Below, one piece after another: positions 10,721 to 21,190 of a stretch of 64,000 nt of DNA. Where the stretch lies: IMG/VR virus record IMGVR_UViG_3300036770_001537; one strand, 5' to 3'. The position numbers and the translations under genes are program-made. The notes under the pieces are model-generated. The model had not been told where the DNA came from and made no database searches. It saw only the letters and a list, made by a program, of their open reading frames with translations. This DNA is from a virus. The first letter of the stretch is position 1, and each line of letters begins with the position of its first letter.

Positions 10721-11421
10721 TATCTAAATCCTCTAATATAAGGAATATTTCTGGTATTTTGTGTCAAATTATCCAGTTCTCTCACTATCTGCTGATAATA
10801 TTCGGGTTTGATAATTTTGATGCTTCTTTTAGCCTCATTTAATTCTGCTTCATAATCGTAATTTGTTATTCTATCTCGATATGTAACCTCAATAACAGTC
10901 CCTGTTCCAATTTCAATATTATTTGTTGCATCAACATCTTGAACATCTGCTAAATTTCCATAATGATCGTATGGAACTGATATAGACATCTCCGATGCAA
11001 CATTAGATGAATTTACAACATATCTAAATTCCGATATGACACCACTTTTCGATTCTTCTCGTTTTATAACCTTTTCATAATGATGGTAGGTAGTTTTAGC
11101 ATTTTCAACCGATCCATATTTGTTGATTATATATTTTTGAAAAGCGTTATATCCTAAAGGCCAATCGTATTGAGGATCGACTATATCATTAGCCATCAAT
11201 ATGACCCAATGTGCTTCAGAATTTCCATATACCTTCTCGGCAAGAATTTCTGGTGTATCTCCTTCCATGATAAGATGTTCATAGTATGAAGAAATGTTAT
11301 TCAATACTTCTCTTAGAACTCTAACTCTAAAGAAAATATTGGTTACTGTTTGATAGTTTGTTAATCTTTTACCTTGAATGTTATATGGTATTCTAGGAAA
11401 AGTATCAAAAAAATTGCTCAT
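10720..11421 (-). CDS. gp53: baseplate wedge subunit gp53
   Basis: GDTPEILAEKVYG..HWVILMANDIVDPQYDWPL, TNYDYEAELNEAKRSIKIIKP; start MSNFFDTFP. Confidence 0.92.
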   Translation of the reverse strand: MSNFFDTFPRIPYNIQGKRLTNYQTVTNIFFRVRVLREVLNNISSYYEHLIMEGDTPEILAEKVYGNSEAHWVILMANDIVDPQYDWPLGYNAFQKYIINKYGSVENAKTTYHHYEKVIKREESKSGVISEFRYVVNSSNVASEMSISVPYDHYGNLADVQDVDATNNIEIGTGTVIEVTYRDRITNYDYEAELNEAKRSIKIIKPEYYQQIVRELDNLTQNTRNIPYIRGFR

Positions 11422-11422
11422 A

Positions 11423-12409
11423 TTAGAACCCTTGTAGAACTCTTTGTTTATGAATTGGCTCAAGTTCACGGAATCCCATACTCAATCTTACAGCAACTGG
11501 ATGACCGTTTCTAAATGTTGAATATGTACCCGTTGGTGCATAGTCTACTTCAATTCTTTCAAGTACACAGGTATTAACTCTTAAGATGTTCATATTCTCA
11601 ACACCCTTATTAAAGAATGTTATATCAAATTCTGCTGGTGGAATCCAAGTCAAACCTGCCGTAATATCACTATATTCTGGTGCTGCGTGAAATCTTAATG
11701 TTTTTACTATTGCTTTTAGGTTAATAGACTCTTGCTCATTTCTTGGAGCCATAAGAACTTCAAATGTAAATGCTCTTACAGTAGTGTTGGAGAATAGAAT
11801 TTCTACCATAGGATTGATGGGTGCTTGTGCTAATTGCGATACTACACCCAAAGCCTGTTGACCAGGACCACTTATAGCCGTTGCGGCTGCTCTTAATGCA
11901 GTTCCAATCACACCACCAAAAACTTTACCGGCAGTTGCTAGATAAGGAGATACTGCAACACCAAGTTTTCCTCCAAGTGCAGTCAATGATATTTCTTCAT
12001 ATACGTTTTGCGTATGATAGATCAGTGGAGATGGCATATGTAAAGCAATGGATTCGGCGATTCTTCTTGTTGCTCTTGGAATAGAAATTCCGGGCCTGCT
12101 ACCATCACCAGAACCAGTAGCAAAAATTTCATTACTCGGCCCGCCTGGACCATATCTAAGAATATCGACCTTTGATCTTTCGTTTGCACCTAGTACGGAA
12201 AATTGGTTTGTATATCTCCCTGCTGCTGCACGACTTCCAAATCTAGTTGGAACATTGATATTGATAATCATATAATGCCCAAGATCACTCATTCCAAGAT
12301 CATTTGGAAATACTAAATACTTAAAATCATATCTAGACTGTGCTAAGTCTGGAGTATAGTTATCTGATATCTGGGAGTTATTTTGCGTTGATGGTATATT
12401 TACTGCCAT
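11423..12409 (-). CDS. gp48: baseplate tail-tube cap gp48
   Basis: IALHMP, INPMVEILF..RAFTFEVLMAPRNEQES, CVLERIEVDYAP, GHPVAVRLSMGFRELE. Confidence 0.88.
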   Translation of the reverse strand: MAVNIPSTQNNSQISDNYTPDLAQSRYDFKYLVFPNDLGMSDLGHYMIININVPTRFGSRAAAGRYTNQFSVLGANERSKVDILRYGPGGPSNEIFATGSGDGSRPGISIPRATRRIAESIALHMPSPLIYHTQNVYEEISLTALGGKLGVAVSPYLATAGKVFGGVIGTALRAAATAISGPGQQALGVVSQLAQAPINPMVEILFSNTTVRAFTFEVLMAPRNEQESINLKAIVKTLRFHAAPEYSDITAGLTWIPPAEFDITFFNKGVENMNILRVNTCVLERIEVDYAPTGTYSTFRNGHPVAVRLSMGFRELEPIHKQRVLQGF

Positions 12410-12435
12410 TTAATCCTCTTACTATAGGGCAAATA

Positions 12436-12443
12436 TATTTATA
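12436..12443 (-). promoter_or_regulatory. T4-type late promoter for the gp48 operon
   Basis: tatttata on + strand, about 27 nt upstream of gp48. Confidence 0.7.
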
Positions 12444-12883
12444 TGACAGCATACAAAGGAAAATTCAATCCCAAGAATCCGAGTAAATATAAAGGTGATG
12501 TTGATAATATCATATGGAGAAGCACTTGGGAATTGAGAGTTATGAAAGAATTGGATGAAAACCCTAATGTGTTGGAATGGTCATCTGAAGAAGTTATCAT
12601 TCCTTATGTGTCACCAGAAGACGGAAGATATCATAGATATTTTCCAGATTTTCTTGTCAAGGTCAGAACAAGAAATGGTGAAATTGAAACGCAATTGTTG
12701 GAAGTGAAACCATATCACCAGACACAAGAGCCTAAAGTGCAGAAAAGAAAGACCAAGAAATATATTACAGAAGTTGTAACTTGGGGTAAGAATAAAGAGA
12801 AATGGAAGGCTGCTAGAGAATATTGTGCTGATAGAGGCTGGAAATTTAAACTTATCACAGAAAAAGAGTTGGGAATAAAATAA
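12443..12883 (+). CDS. gp4: head completion nuclease gp4 (TnsA-like)
   Basis: YKGKFNPKNPSKYKGD, WRSTWE, WSSEE, RYFPDF, EVKP, KWKAA. Confidence 0.95.
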   Translation: MTAYKGKFNPKNPSKYKGDVDNIIWRSTWELRVMKELDENPNVLEWSSEEVIIPYVSPEDGRYHRYFPDFLVKVRTRNGEIETQLLEVKPYHQTQEPKVQKRKTKKYITEVVTWGKNKEKWKAAREYCADRGWKFKLITEKELGIK

Positions 12884-12890
12884 ATAAAAG

Positions 12891-13391
12891 ATGGCAAAAT
12901 ATAAACCAAAAGAAATCAAAGACTGGTTCATAGGTAAGGCAAGAACTGCCGCTGGATATAGAAAAAAGATTATTGGCAATTCCATGAGAAGCCGTAGCGA
13001 TCCAGCTATCGGCAAAATGTTTTTCTTCTATTATGATCCAAAACATAAAGAAACACTACCTATGTATGATAAATTCCCTATGGTGTTTCCTATTCAAGAA
13101 TATAATGATGGTTTTCTGGGACTGAATCTACATTATCTTTCTGTAGATGAGAGGCGTGCTATCATAGGTAAATTGTCTGAGTTTGCTAACAATAAAAGAT
13201 TTGACGCAACAACCAGACTAAGATTGTCGTATGATCTATTACAGAGTTCCAAGAGATTATCAACTCTTGCAAGGCCATGTATTAAGAGATATTTATTCAG
13301 TCATGTTAGAAGTATGTTTATTGAAATAACTGCTGATGAATGGGATAAGGTCATAGAATTGCCAGTAGAAATGTTTGTATATAACCGATAA
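12891..13391 (+). CDS. gp2: DNA end protector protein gp2
   Basis: GKMFFFYYDPKHKETLPMYDKFP, GFLGLNLHYL, CIKRYLFSHVRS. Confidence 0.95.
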   Translation: MAKYKPKEIKDWFIGKARTAAGYRKKIIGNSMRSRSDPAIGKMFFFYYDPKHKETLPMYDKFPMVFPIQEYNDGFLGLNLHYLSVDERRAIIGKLSEFANNKRFDATTRLRLSYDLLQSSKRLSTLARPCIKRYLFSHVRSMFIEITADEWDKVIELPVEMFVYNR

Positions 13392-13403
13392 GGAGTTAAT
13401 CAG

Positions 13404-14054
13404 TTGTCAATTATAGTATTACAAAATGCACCTAGAAATTTAGACCTTATGTCTTTTAAAAGTGTGTTGGATTCTTATGGTGGTCTTGCGAAAACTTGTA
13501 GATTTGTTGTTAGAATAAATCCAATAGGAATTTTTTTGCAACAGTTAAATTCCAACTCTATAACTAGAGATTTAATATATCTGACAGAAATTGCTGAAAT
13601 GCCCGGAAAAGGATTTATGAACGTCGATGTTAGATATTATGGACCCAATCAAAAACTTCCATTTCAAAGCACATATGAAGATGCCAACATGACATTCTTG
13701 TGTAGACAAGGTGCACGAGAAAGACAATTTTTTGATGATTGGATGTATGTCATTAATCCCACCAACCATTTTGATTTCACATACAGAGATGAGTATAGAA
13801 GTGATATTGATATTTTTCAGTACGATGACATTGGAGATGATAGAGGGAATCCAATTCCACAGTATAAGTTGACATTGAAAAATGCATATCCCTTGATGTT
13901 AAATCCTCAGCCTATGACATGGGCAGATCAATTGTTTCAAAGAGTAATTGTTAACTTTACATATACACATTGGGTTCGTGATGATTTCGTGCAACCATCA
14001 CAATCAGATTTGGTTATTGGTAGACCAAATGACAGATTACCAATTAGTAGATAA
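13404..14054 (+). CDS. gp54: baseplate tail-tube initiator gp54 (gp19-like fold)
   Basis: GGLAKTCRF, AEMPG, ERQFFDDW, LKNAYP, VNFTYTHW; synteny. Confidence 0.75.
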   Translation: MSIIVLQNAPRNLDLMSFKSVLDSYGGLAKTCRFVVRINPIGIFLQQLNSNSITRDLIYLTEIAEMPGKGFMNVDVRYYGPNQKLPFQSTYEDANMTFLCRQGARERQFFDDWMYVINPTNHFDFTYRDEYRSDIDIFQYDDIGDDRGNPIPQYKLTLKNAYPLMLNPQPMTWADQLFQRVIVNFTYTHWVRDDFVQPSQSDLVIGRPNDRLPISR

Positions 14055-14070
14055 TATGGAGATATAGAGA

Positions 14071-14790
14071 ATGCTTCCTAAAATTGACTTGCCTATTTAT
14101 GAAATAAAATTGCCTTCGTCTGGAAAACCAGTGAAGATTAGACCGTTTGTCGTTCGTGAAGAAAAACTACTTCTCATTGCTTTAGAATCAGGAGATGAAA
14201 GAGAGATTATTGAAACCACTAAGCAGATTGTGAATAATTGTTTGGTCGATAAAGTTGATATTGATAAGCTGCCGTTCTTTGATGTTGATTATATCTTTAT
14301 TGCTCTTAGAGCCAAAGCAGTTGGCGATACTATTGATGTCAAATATACTTGCTATAATGAAGTAGATGGAACATCATGTGATAGTACCTTTCCTGCTAAA
14401 ATTGATGTAATGAACTATACTTTACTCAAAGATGAAAACATCAAAGATAAAATTCAACTAACTGGAACACTGTCTGTCAAGATGAGGTATCCATCATATA
14501 CTGTGATGAGATTACTAGATTCTGATATGTCAAACTTTGATAAGAAGATTAATATTATTGCAGAATGTGTTGATATTGTAGCAGATAAGGAAAAAGTTTA
14601 TACACGAAAAGATTACACGAATGATGAACTTATAGATTTTATTGAGAATCTTCCACAACAGCAGTATAAAAGACTAGAAGAATTTGTTGATAATTTTCCA
14701 TCTTTTGTCATTACATCCAAAGCTACTTGCCCAAAATGTAAGTATGAGCACACTTTAGATTACAGAGACTTTACCGATTTTTTCGTCTAA
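14071..14790 (+). CDS. gp26: baseplate hub assembly protein gp26
   Basis: MLPKIDLPIYEIKLPS, RPFVVREEKLLL, FDVDYIFIALRAKAVG, CPKC..DFFV. Confidence 0.92.
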   Translation: MLPKIDLPIYEIKLPSSGKPVKIRPFVVREEKLLLIALESGDEREIIETTKQIVNNCLVDKVDIDKLPFFDVDYIFIALRAKAVGDTIDVKYTCYNEVDGTSCDSTFPAKIDVMNYTLLKDENIKDKIQLTGTLSVKMRYPSYTVMRLLDSDMSNFDKKINIIAECVDIVADKEKVYTRKDYTNDELIDFIENLPQQQYKRLEEFVDNFPSFVITSKATCPKCKYEHTLDYRDFTDFFV

Positions 14791-14996
14791 TGCTTGGTTA
14801 CGATACACTGATGAATCATTTTAAGACAAACTTTTCATTGATGCAACATCACAAATATAATTTAAGTGATATTGAAAATATGATGCCCTGGGAAAAGTTT
14901 GTTTATGTGGATATGTTGAGACAACATATTAAACATCAGGAAGATTTGGCTCGTGATCAAGCAGCAGCAATGAAAGCACAACAAAGAACGAGATAA
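14790..14996 (+). CDS. gp51: baseplate hub assembly catalyst gp51
   Basis: NFSLMQHHKYNLSDIENMMPWE. Confidence 0.9.
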   Translation: MLGYDTLMNHFKTNFSLMQHHKYNLSDIENMMPWEKFVYVDMLRQHIKHQEDLARDQAAAMKAQQRTR

Positions 14997-14999
14997 GAA

Positions 15000-17900
15000 A
15001 TGGCAAAAATAGACCCTAGCAAACTTACAGTAGATTTCAAATCTTTGATGAGACTTAGCATGTCTGATAGATATGCTATGGCACAAAGTTCTCAAGGTCA
15101 GAGTTATCTGGCATCATTAACTCCTACACAATTTGCTATGCTATTTCCAGATTATTATAGACAAAGATTGCCCGATATGGGAATATCTGGAAGAAGGGGG
15201 GCTTCTGCTCCTTCTGGTGCCGGTTCAAGACCTTCTGGCGGAACACCATCTAGTGGAGCATCTACATATACCCCACCAACTGCTGCACCTAGTACAACAT
15301 CACCAACGCCTAAAGCACAACCACAACAAGGAACTGAAGTTAAGCCATCATGGCAAAAAAGAATTGAAGAAATATTAAAACGCGATTCTCCGGGTTTTCA
15401 AATAAAAGAAGATACTGTCACAAAATCTTCTAGGATAGACCAAAGAGGATATGTCAACAAAGAAGATTTATATAAACAAGCAGTTTCTACTTTTAGAAGT
15501 TCTCCTCTAAACGGATTTGTTCCTAAAGATGGTGATAGATATGGAATAAGAAAAGGTACGCCTGAAGAATGGGCAAATCTTGCGATGAGAACTGTTGAAG
15601 TGGAATCTAGTTTTCGTGTTACAACCACAAATCCAAAAGATGAAGGTGGATCATTTGGGCTATTTCAATGGGGATATCATTATGGAATAAACAAAGACAA
15701 TTGGAAAGACCCACAAGCACAATTAGATGCGTTTGTTAAATATTCCAATCAGTGGGTTATAAATGGTGGTGGTTATATATTACCACCAGCAGATGTTAAA
15801 GGCGTTCGTAGATATGATGGACATGGAGGGTTTGGTGCAGCATTTTCTACTTTTAGGGATGATAAAGTAAATTCTAAAGCTGCTTGGACAACATCAAAAT
15901 CTATCGAAACATCCTTAGCTAGTCGTCAACAATCTGCACTAGAAAAATCATCAACAGCAACTCCTGGTGATCCTTCAAAAACAGGAACAACTGAGCAAAC
16001 ATCTTTGCGACCAAAAACAATAACCGCCGATCCTAGACAACTTGAACAATTGAATAGAGAGCGTAAACATTTTTATAGTGGAAAATTGACTATGGAGGGG
16101 GTGGAATATACATTTGGTTCTGGTGGTAGAAAAGCAGGCTCTATGCCATATGGAACATTCGATATAACAGGATTGCATAGAAAAAGTCAATATAAATTTT
16201 TTGAAAACAATTCTTTCTACGTCAAAGATATGTTTGATCCAAAAGTCGGTAGAAATAGAGTTGGTATGCTGATACACAGCCAAACAGATTTAGATAAGTT
16301 GTATAGTGCCGGATGTATTGCTATAAGTAGAAAAGAATGGCCTAAATTTAAGGCACATCTACTGGATTACATGAAAAGAAGTGGTTCTATGTCAATAACT
16401 GTAAATCCAGATGGGACAGCATATATTGGACCTAAAGGCAGTGAGCCAACAACATCTGTTGCAGATGTTACTAAAGATTTCCCAAAACTACCTCAAGGCG
16501 TCGATCCAAAAGAAGCAATGGAATTAGAAAAGAGGATGCCTAAAGATTTAAATCCTCAAATCGTAAAGTATATGAAAGAGAATATGTCTATTGAAGATAG
16601 ACGGTCACTTTTAGATAAGCTAGAAAAGAAGCCGGAATTATTAACAGAACTTAATGGTCTTGCAGCAAAAACCATAGAAACAAAAAACAGTGAACCTGCT
16701 AAAAAACAGGCTGCTAAAATTTTGACGGATGTTGTTAATGAAGATACTATGCCAGAATCGCTGTTGGACTTGAGGGTTAAGACATTTGATAGAGGCGATG
16801 TGACGCTGAGAGAACTCGGTGTAACTAAATTTTCAGAATTGACAAAGAAAGGGGGTCAGGCATTTGCAGGTGGTGCAAATGATAGGACCACAACATTGCT
16901 TGCAGGAGATATTCAACAACATTTTGGTGAAAATTTTGGAAGAATCACTGCACAAAATGATTTATGGCATAAGTCTAACCGTGCTCCAGGAACAAGTCAT
17001 AGAACAGGTAGAAAATTAGACTTCACTTTAAATGATGCTGATTATCGTGGTGGACATAAAAGACTATCAAAATATCTTGCGGAAAAATATGGAATGGAAG
17101 AAGGTAAAGATTTCAAGATAATATCTAGACCACATGGCGACGGCCCACATATGGATTTTGAATTGACGCCTTCTGGTGGTAGAAAAGTATCGGCAGTATT
17201 AGAGCCTAGGACAGAGAAAGAAACTGAAGTTTCTAGAGAAGCAGCTTTACCAGCACAAGAAAAGCCAAATAAAATATTTGTTGCTGGTCTAGAAGATAGG
17301 GGTGAAAATTTTAAAGAACAATCTGCTAGAATGGGTGCAGGAACTAAATCATTTAGACACAATTCTGATGTAAATGATATTATCAAATACGCAAAAGAAA
17401 ATCCAGATGCACCAATAACACTATTTAGTGCGGGAAATAAACACCTAAAGAGATTATTAGATGCAGGTATTGATGCCCGTAGAATAACCATGTCTGAGCC
17501 ATATAAACCAGACCCTGATACTGTCAGAGATTTTACTGCAAAAGGTGGAAATTATATATATGGCGATTCATTTTCTACTGGAAAATTTAGAGGCGTTGAT
17601 GAATTACCAAATGCGAGAGCAAGACCCGGAAAAACACATTTTGATTCTATTGTACCATCTGCTATTCCAGTCCAGGAAAAGTCTCCACTAGAAACTGCAT
17701 CCACACAACCACAGGCAGAAGGTGCTAATAAAATTAAAAAGGTTTTGGATGCAGGAAAGGGGTATACTAAAGTTGAGTATGAAGATGGTAGAGTAGAATT
17801 GAGAAAAGGGCAATTTGGATGGAGAAATAACAACCCAGGAAATATAATAGCAGGAAAATTTGCGGAAAGTCAAGGTGCGATTCCAGGCGGTGGAAGATTT

Positions 17901-18728
17901 GCACTATTCCCAACGCTTGAGGCCGGTAATAAAGCGAGAAGAAATTTACTATTTGAAAGCGATTCTTATAAAGATTTGACAGTATCAGAAGCAATAAGAA
18001 AATGGGCACCACCGTCAGAAAATAATTCTGATGATTATGCGAGGAGGTTTGCTGCTGCCGCAGGTGTTCCACTTAATACTAAAATGAAAGACTTCACGGA
18101 AAAACAAAGAAATTTGGCAATGAAGTCTCAAGAAACCATTGAAGGTAATGCTCCAGGAACCATAGAAGTTATTAGAGAAGGTGTGTCACCAGCACCAGTA
18201 CAAGAAGAGCAAAAAATAAATCCAATCCCAGGAACTGCTATTGTAGAGAAAGAAGATGAGGTTCCAGCAAAATATGCTGGTGGCGAAGTTCAAACAAGAG
18301 GTGATACGGCAACAGTAATAAATGATAAAGGGGAGCCTCTAGCTAGAATCAATCCTGATAAAGAACAAATATCTCTTACTGGTACAGGAAATATTGATGT
18401 TCAACCAACATACAGAACTGATCCAAGGGCACTAGAACAACAGAACGCACAAAGACAAGAAGTTGGAAATATTAATATAGATGATAGAATGCAGGAGATG
18501 TCTACAAATATTATGAATCAGGTCAGACAAATGATTCCACAAGGAGGCAATCCAAATTGGGAATCTATGATGACTTCTATGGCAGCAGCAAGGACTTTAT
18601 CTGAAAGCCCATCATATACGTTCTCCAATGAATCGTTTAGACGGGCTATGGCTGGTGCTAGATTTGAAAAATCTGGTGATTCTGCACTCGGCGGACATTT
18701 TGAAGTAGCCAACAGTAATTTGACATAA
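15000..18728 (+). CDS. large tail/hub-associated protein with multiple cell-wall hydrolase domains (gp29-position)
   Basis: SLT-like VESSF..GLFQ; Tlde1/YkuD-like H..SAGCI; M15-like SHRTGRKLDF..HMDFE; lysozyme-like RNNNPGNI..WAPPSENN; follows gp51. Confidence 0.7.
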   Translation: MAKIDPSKLTVDFKSLMRLSMSDRYAMAQSSQGQSYLASLTPTQFAMLFPDYYRQRLPDMGISGRRGASAPSGAGSRPSGGTPSSGASTYTPPTAAPSTTSPTPKAQPQQGTEVKPSWQKRIEEILKRDSPGFQIKEDTVTKSSRIDQRGYVNKEDLYKQAVSTFRSSPLNGFVPKDGDRYGIRKGTPEEWANLAMRTVEVESSFRVTTTNPKDEGGSFGLFQWGYHYGINKDNWKDPQAQLDAFVKYSNQWVINGGGYILPPADVKGVRRYDGHGGFGAAFSTFRDDKVNSKAAWTTSKSIETSLASRQQSALEKSSTATPGDPSKTGTTEQTSLRPKTITADPRQLEQLNRERKHFYSGKLTMEGVEYTFGSGGRKAGSMPYGTFDITGLHRKSQYKFFENNSFYVKDMFDPKVGRNRVGMLIHSQTDLDKLYSAGCIAISRKEWPKFKAHLLDYMKRSGSMSITVNPDGTAYIGPKGSEPTTSVADVTKDFPKLPQGVDPKEAMELEKRMPKDLNPQIVKYMKENMSIEDRRSLLDKLEKKPELLTELNGLAAKTIETKNSEPAKKQAAKILTDVVNEDTMPESLLDLRVKTFDRGDVTLRELGVTKFSELTKKGGQAFAGGANDRTTTLLAGDIQQHFGENFGRITAQNDLWHKSNRAPGTSHRTGRKLDFTLNDADYRGGHKRLSKYLAEKYGMEEGKDFKIISRPHGDGPHMDFELTPSGGRKVSAVLEPRTEKETEVSREAALPAQEKPNKIFVAGLEDRGENFKEQSARMGAGTKSFRHNSDVNDIIKYAKENPDAPITLFSAGNKHLKRLLDAGIDARRITMSEPYKPDPDTVRDFTAKGGNYIYGDSFSTGKFRGVDELPNARARPGKTHFDSIVPSAIPVQEKSPLETASTQPQAEGANKIKKVLDAGKGYTKVEYEDGRVELRKGQFGWRNNNPGNIIAGKFAESQGAIPGGGRFALFPTLEAGNKARRNLLFESDSYKDLTVSEAIRKWAPPSENNSDDYARRFAAAAGVPLNTKMKDFTEKQRNLAMKSQETIEGNAPGTIEVIREGVSPAPVQEEQKINPIPGTAIVEKEDEVPAKYAGGEVQTRGDTATVINDKGEPLARINPDKEQISLTGTGNIDVQPTYRTDPRALEQQNAQRQEVGNINIDDRMQEMSTNIMNQVRQMIPQGGNPNWESMMTSMAAARTLSESPSYTFSNESFRRAMAGARFEKSGDSALGGHFEVANSNLT

Positions 18729-18752
18729 AAAAAGGGGCATTTCTGCCCCTTA
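18727..18752. terminator. rho-independent terminator between convergent genes
   Basis: aaaaaaaGGGGCAtttcTGCCCCtt hairpin with a U-tract on the minus strand. Confidence 0.8.
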
Positions 18753-18756
18753 ATTC

Positions 18757-19689
18757 TTAGTCGTCTGCCAAAGCACGGAATGCTTTTAGATCATCATCGT
18801 CATCATCCATATCAAAATCACTTGATACTGATTGACGCTTGGAAGCAGAAGCAAAAACATCTTCAGTTGGTGCAGAACGAACAACCTTGGGTTCTGACTT
18901 CAGTTCCAAAACATTCTCTAGTTTGGCTTTTAGTTCATCATAACTCTTGAAGTTGCTTGGATCAATAAATTCCTTAAGAGTATATTGCTTGTTCCAAACT
19001 GCTTCCATCTTAGAGTCATCATTCGATAATGGTGAAGGGCCATCAAACAAAGACATATCATAGTTACGATAACCATCCACGTTACGAATACGAAGTTTGA
19101 AGTTCGCACCTTTCCAGAAATCAAATGGATTGAAAGCATTTGTTGGATTATACTGTGGATGTTCTGGTGAACGACCCTCCTCGTCAAATGGAGGATGCAT
19201 TGCCTCACTGATCTTGTCAAAAATCTTCTTGCCATAACGGAATAGAAACACCTTACCTTCATTTTCAGGATGCTTGGGATCAGAGATGACATAGATGTTT
19301 GAGATGTAAGTTAGACGACGTTTTTGAAGACGTGCTTGCTTACGTTGTGGAGAACCTTCATCAGAAGAAGCATTCCAAAGAACAGTATTATACTCTGAAA
19401 CAGGGTCTTTCTGATTTAGTGTTGTCAGTGAGTTTTCAATATACCACTTTCCTGTTGGGCCTTTGAAACCATGAGTCCAAACACGAACCCAAGGAAGTGA
19501 ATCTCCGTCTGCATCTGTGGTTGGTAGGAAACGAATTACAGCCATACCATTTCCAGACTTATCAACATCTGGTTGCCAGAAACGATTATCACCACCCTTT
19601 TCGGATTCTGGTGAATTGATCTTGGCAATTTCCTTGGCTAGACGGTCTAGTGAACCTGATGATTTTTTGAGTGTAGCAAAGTTTGACAT
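18757..19689 (-). CDS. gp32: single-stranded DNA-binding protein gp32
   Basis: DNRFWQP, GNGMAVIRFLP, GKWYIENSLTT, GKKIFDKI, GANFKLRI, NYDMS, acidic tail. Confidence 0.97.
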   Translation of the reverse strand: MSNFATLKKSSGSLDRLAKEIAKINSPESEKGGDNRFWQPDVDKSGNGMAVIRFLPTTDADGDSLPWVRVWTHGFKGPTGKWYIENSLTTLNQKDPVSEYNTVLWNASSDEGSPQRKQARLQKRRLTYISNIYVISDPKHPENEGKVFLFRYGKKIFDKISEAMHPPFDEEGRSPEHPQYNPTNAFNPFDFWKGANFKLRIRNVDGYRNYDMSLFDGPSPLSNDDSKMEAVWNKQYTLKEFIDPSNFKSYDELKAKLENVLELKSEPKVVRSAPTEDVFASASKRQSVSSDFDMDDDDDDLKAFRALADD

Positions 19690-19749
19690 CGTATTTTCTC
19701 CGTATTGTTTGTATTACAGCTTGTCCACATCATTCATAACAATAAGTGT

Positions 19750-19789
19750 ATTATGACACGAAACTCTCTCCATGTCAAGAGTATTTATA
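19750..19789 (-). promoter_or_regulatory. tandem late (TATAAATA 19782-19789) and sigma70-like (TTGACA-17-CATAAT) promoters for gp32
   Basis: both motifs read directly upstream of gp32. Confidence 0.65.
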
Positions 19790-20062
19790 ATCCATTTCAG
19801 CAAATTCTGCTTTTTTCTCTTGGAGAGTTTTGCCAAGATGCTTTCGCTTGTTGCCACAGAGGTGACAAGAACAATTCTTTAGATGTTCTGCGTTTTTGGT
19901 AGTCCAATCATCAATAAACTCGTCATAATTTGATTGGACATAATATGAATGTGAAAATTTGTTCCGTGCAACCTTTTCTGCTTTATTACGCATCTTCATC
20001 TTCTGATGACGACGATCTGCACGTTTCTTATTCTTTGTTGGAAAATCATCCATGATATTCAT
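19775..20062 (-). CDS. hypothetical basic protein (CSCxxCGNxR motif)
   Basis: ORF overlapping the gp59 stop; CSCHLCGNKRK. Confidence 0.65.
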   Translation of the reverse strand: MNIMDDFPTKNKKRADRRHQKMKMRNKAEKVARNKFSHSYYVQSNYDEFIDDWTTKNAEHLKNCSCHLCGNKRKHLGKTLQEKKAEFAEMDYKYS

Positions 20063-20654
20063 CCATTTTCTGTTTGAGAATTGTCTTCAGTTTAGTCTCA
20101 TCATAATCTAGGAAGGGTGTAACCTTCTCACACTTGATTCTGATCTTGGACCAAATTACATCATCTTCTCCTATAGTGCTGTTGAACTTGTCTGAGAATT
20201 TAATGAAACGGTTGAGAACGCCTAGAGTATCTATGCCGATAACTCCATTCATGTGTAACTGAATGATTTGTGGATATTGGTTTTGTTTGGTTTGAAACAA
20301 ACATTTTATATTAGATACTGACATGAATGCCTTCTCTAGTTCATTCGTAAAAGTATATGAGAACGACTGCTTTCTTCTCATATACTTTATATATGTATCA
20401 TGTCCTTCTTCTTCAAGATAATCTCCGACCCAAGTTTTATCTATCAGGATGTTTGATACAAATAGGTCTACAAGTTCTTGGTCTTCATATTTCTTACTCA
20501 ACTTATCAAAGAAGAATCTATCACGTCTTTTTTCAAAGGCTGTGATAGATGCTTTTGTCTTTCCTTGATATTTAAAGAAGTCATATGTGGGTCTACTGAA
20601 ATGGTTCTTGACTGATAGGTACAGTTTATAAGTATCAAATGGTGATAGTTTCAC
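20046..20654 (-). CDS. gp59: helicase loader gp59
   Basis: YKLYLSVKNHF..YDFFKYQGK, FEKRRDRFFFDKLS; next to gp32/gp33. Confidence 0.92.
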   Translation of the reverse strand: MKLSPFDTYKLYLSVKNHFSRPTYDFFKYQGKTKASITAFEKRRDRFFFDKLSKKYEDQELVDLFVSNILIDKTWVGDYLEEEGHDTYIKYMRRKQSFSYTFTNELEKAFMSVSNIKCLFQTKQNQYPQIIQLHMNGVIGIDTLGVLNRFIKFSDKFNSTIGEDDVIWSKIRIKCEKVTPFLDYDETKLKTILKQKMDEYHG

Positions 20655-21181
20655 ACAGTATAACCTCGTTTGAGAAACTTTTGTGTTCTATAATCGGCCA
20701 CCATATCTTTATTGTTGACGATTAGTTTTTTATTTTTGATCGCATGATACATTTCTTCGGAGATGTATATCTTATGATCTATCAAAGAATATGACACGCA
20801 GCAATGTTTATAGTCAAAGTCTGCAAGCAATTCTTCTCGTGTTCTATAATCAGTCAATATGATTTGAATTGGAATTTGATTGTAAGTCATATCAAAATTA
20901 TAAACTGATCGAATGTTTGGATTATTACGATATTTTGATTGAATCTCACACTTATTAGGATCACCATATTGACGAAGCCAACTTTTAATATCTTGTGGTG
21001 GAGCAATTATGTAGATATCAATATCTCTCACTTCTTCACTGTTGAAACGAGATGGAAAAAATCCACCAGTCAAAACATAATGTTCTGATATCGGATGTAT
21101 TACTGACATTCTCATCACATCATTGGCTGCTTTTTTCACAAACATAATTTCGTCGTAAACTTCTTTCTTTTCAAAATACAT
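20651..21181 (-). CDS. nucleotidyltransferase-like protein (PolA/CCA head-like)
   Basis: LTGG...RDIDIY...IQII...DFDYKHC motif pattern. Confidence 0.6.
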   Translation of the reverse strand: MYFEKKEVYDEIMFVKKAANDVMRMSVIHPISEHYVLTGGFFPSRFNSEEVRDIDIYIIAPPQDIKSWLRQYGDPNKCEIQSKYRNNPNIRSVYNFDMTYNQIPIQIILTDYRTREELLADFDYKHCCVSYSLIDHKIYISEEMYHAIKNKKLIVNNKDMVADYRTQKFLKRGYTV

Positions 21182-21190
21182 AATATCACC

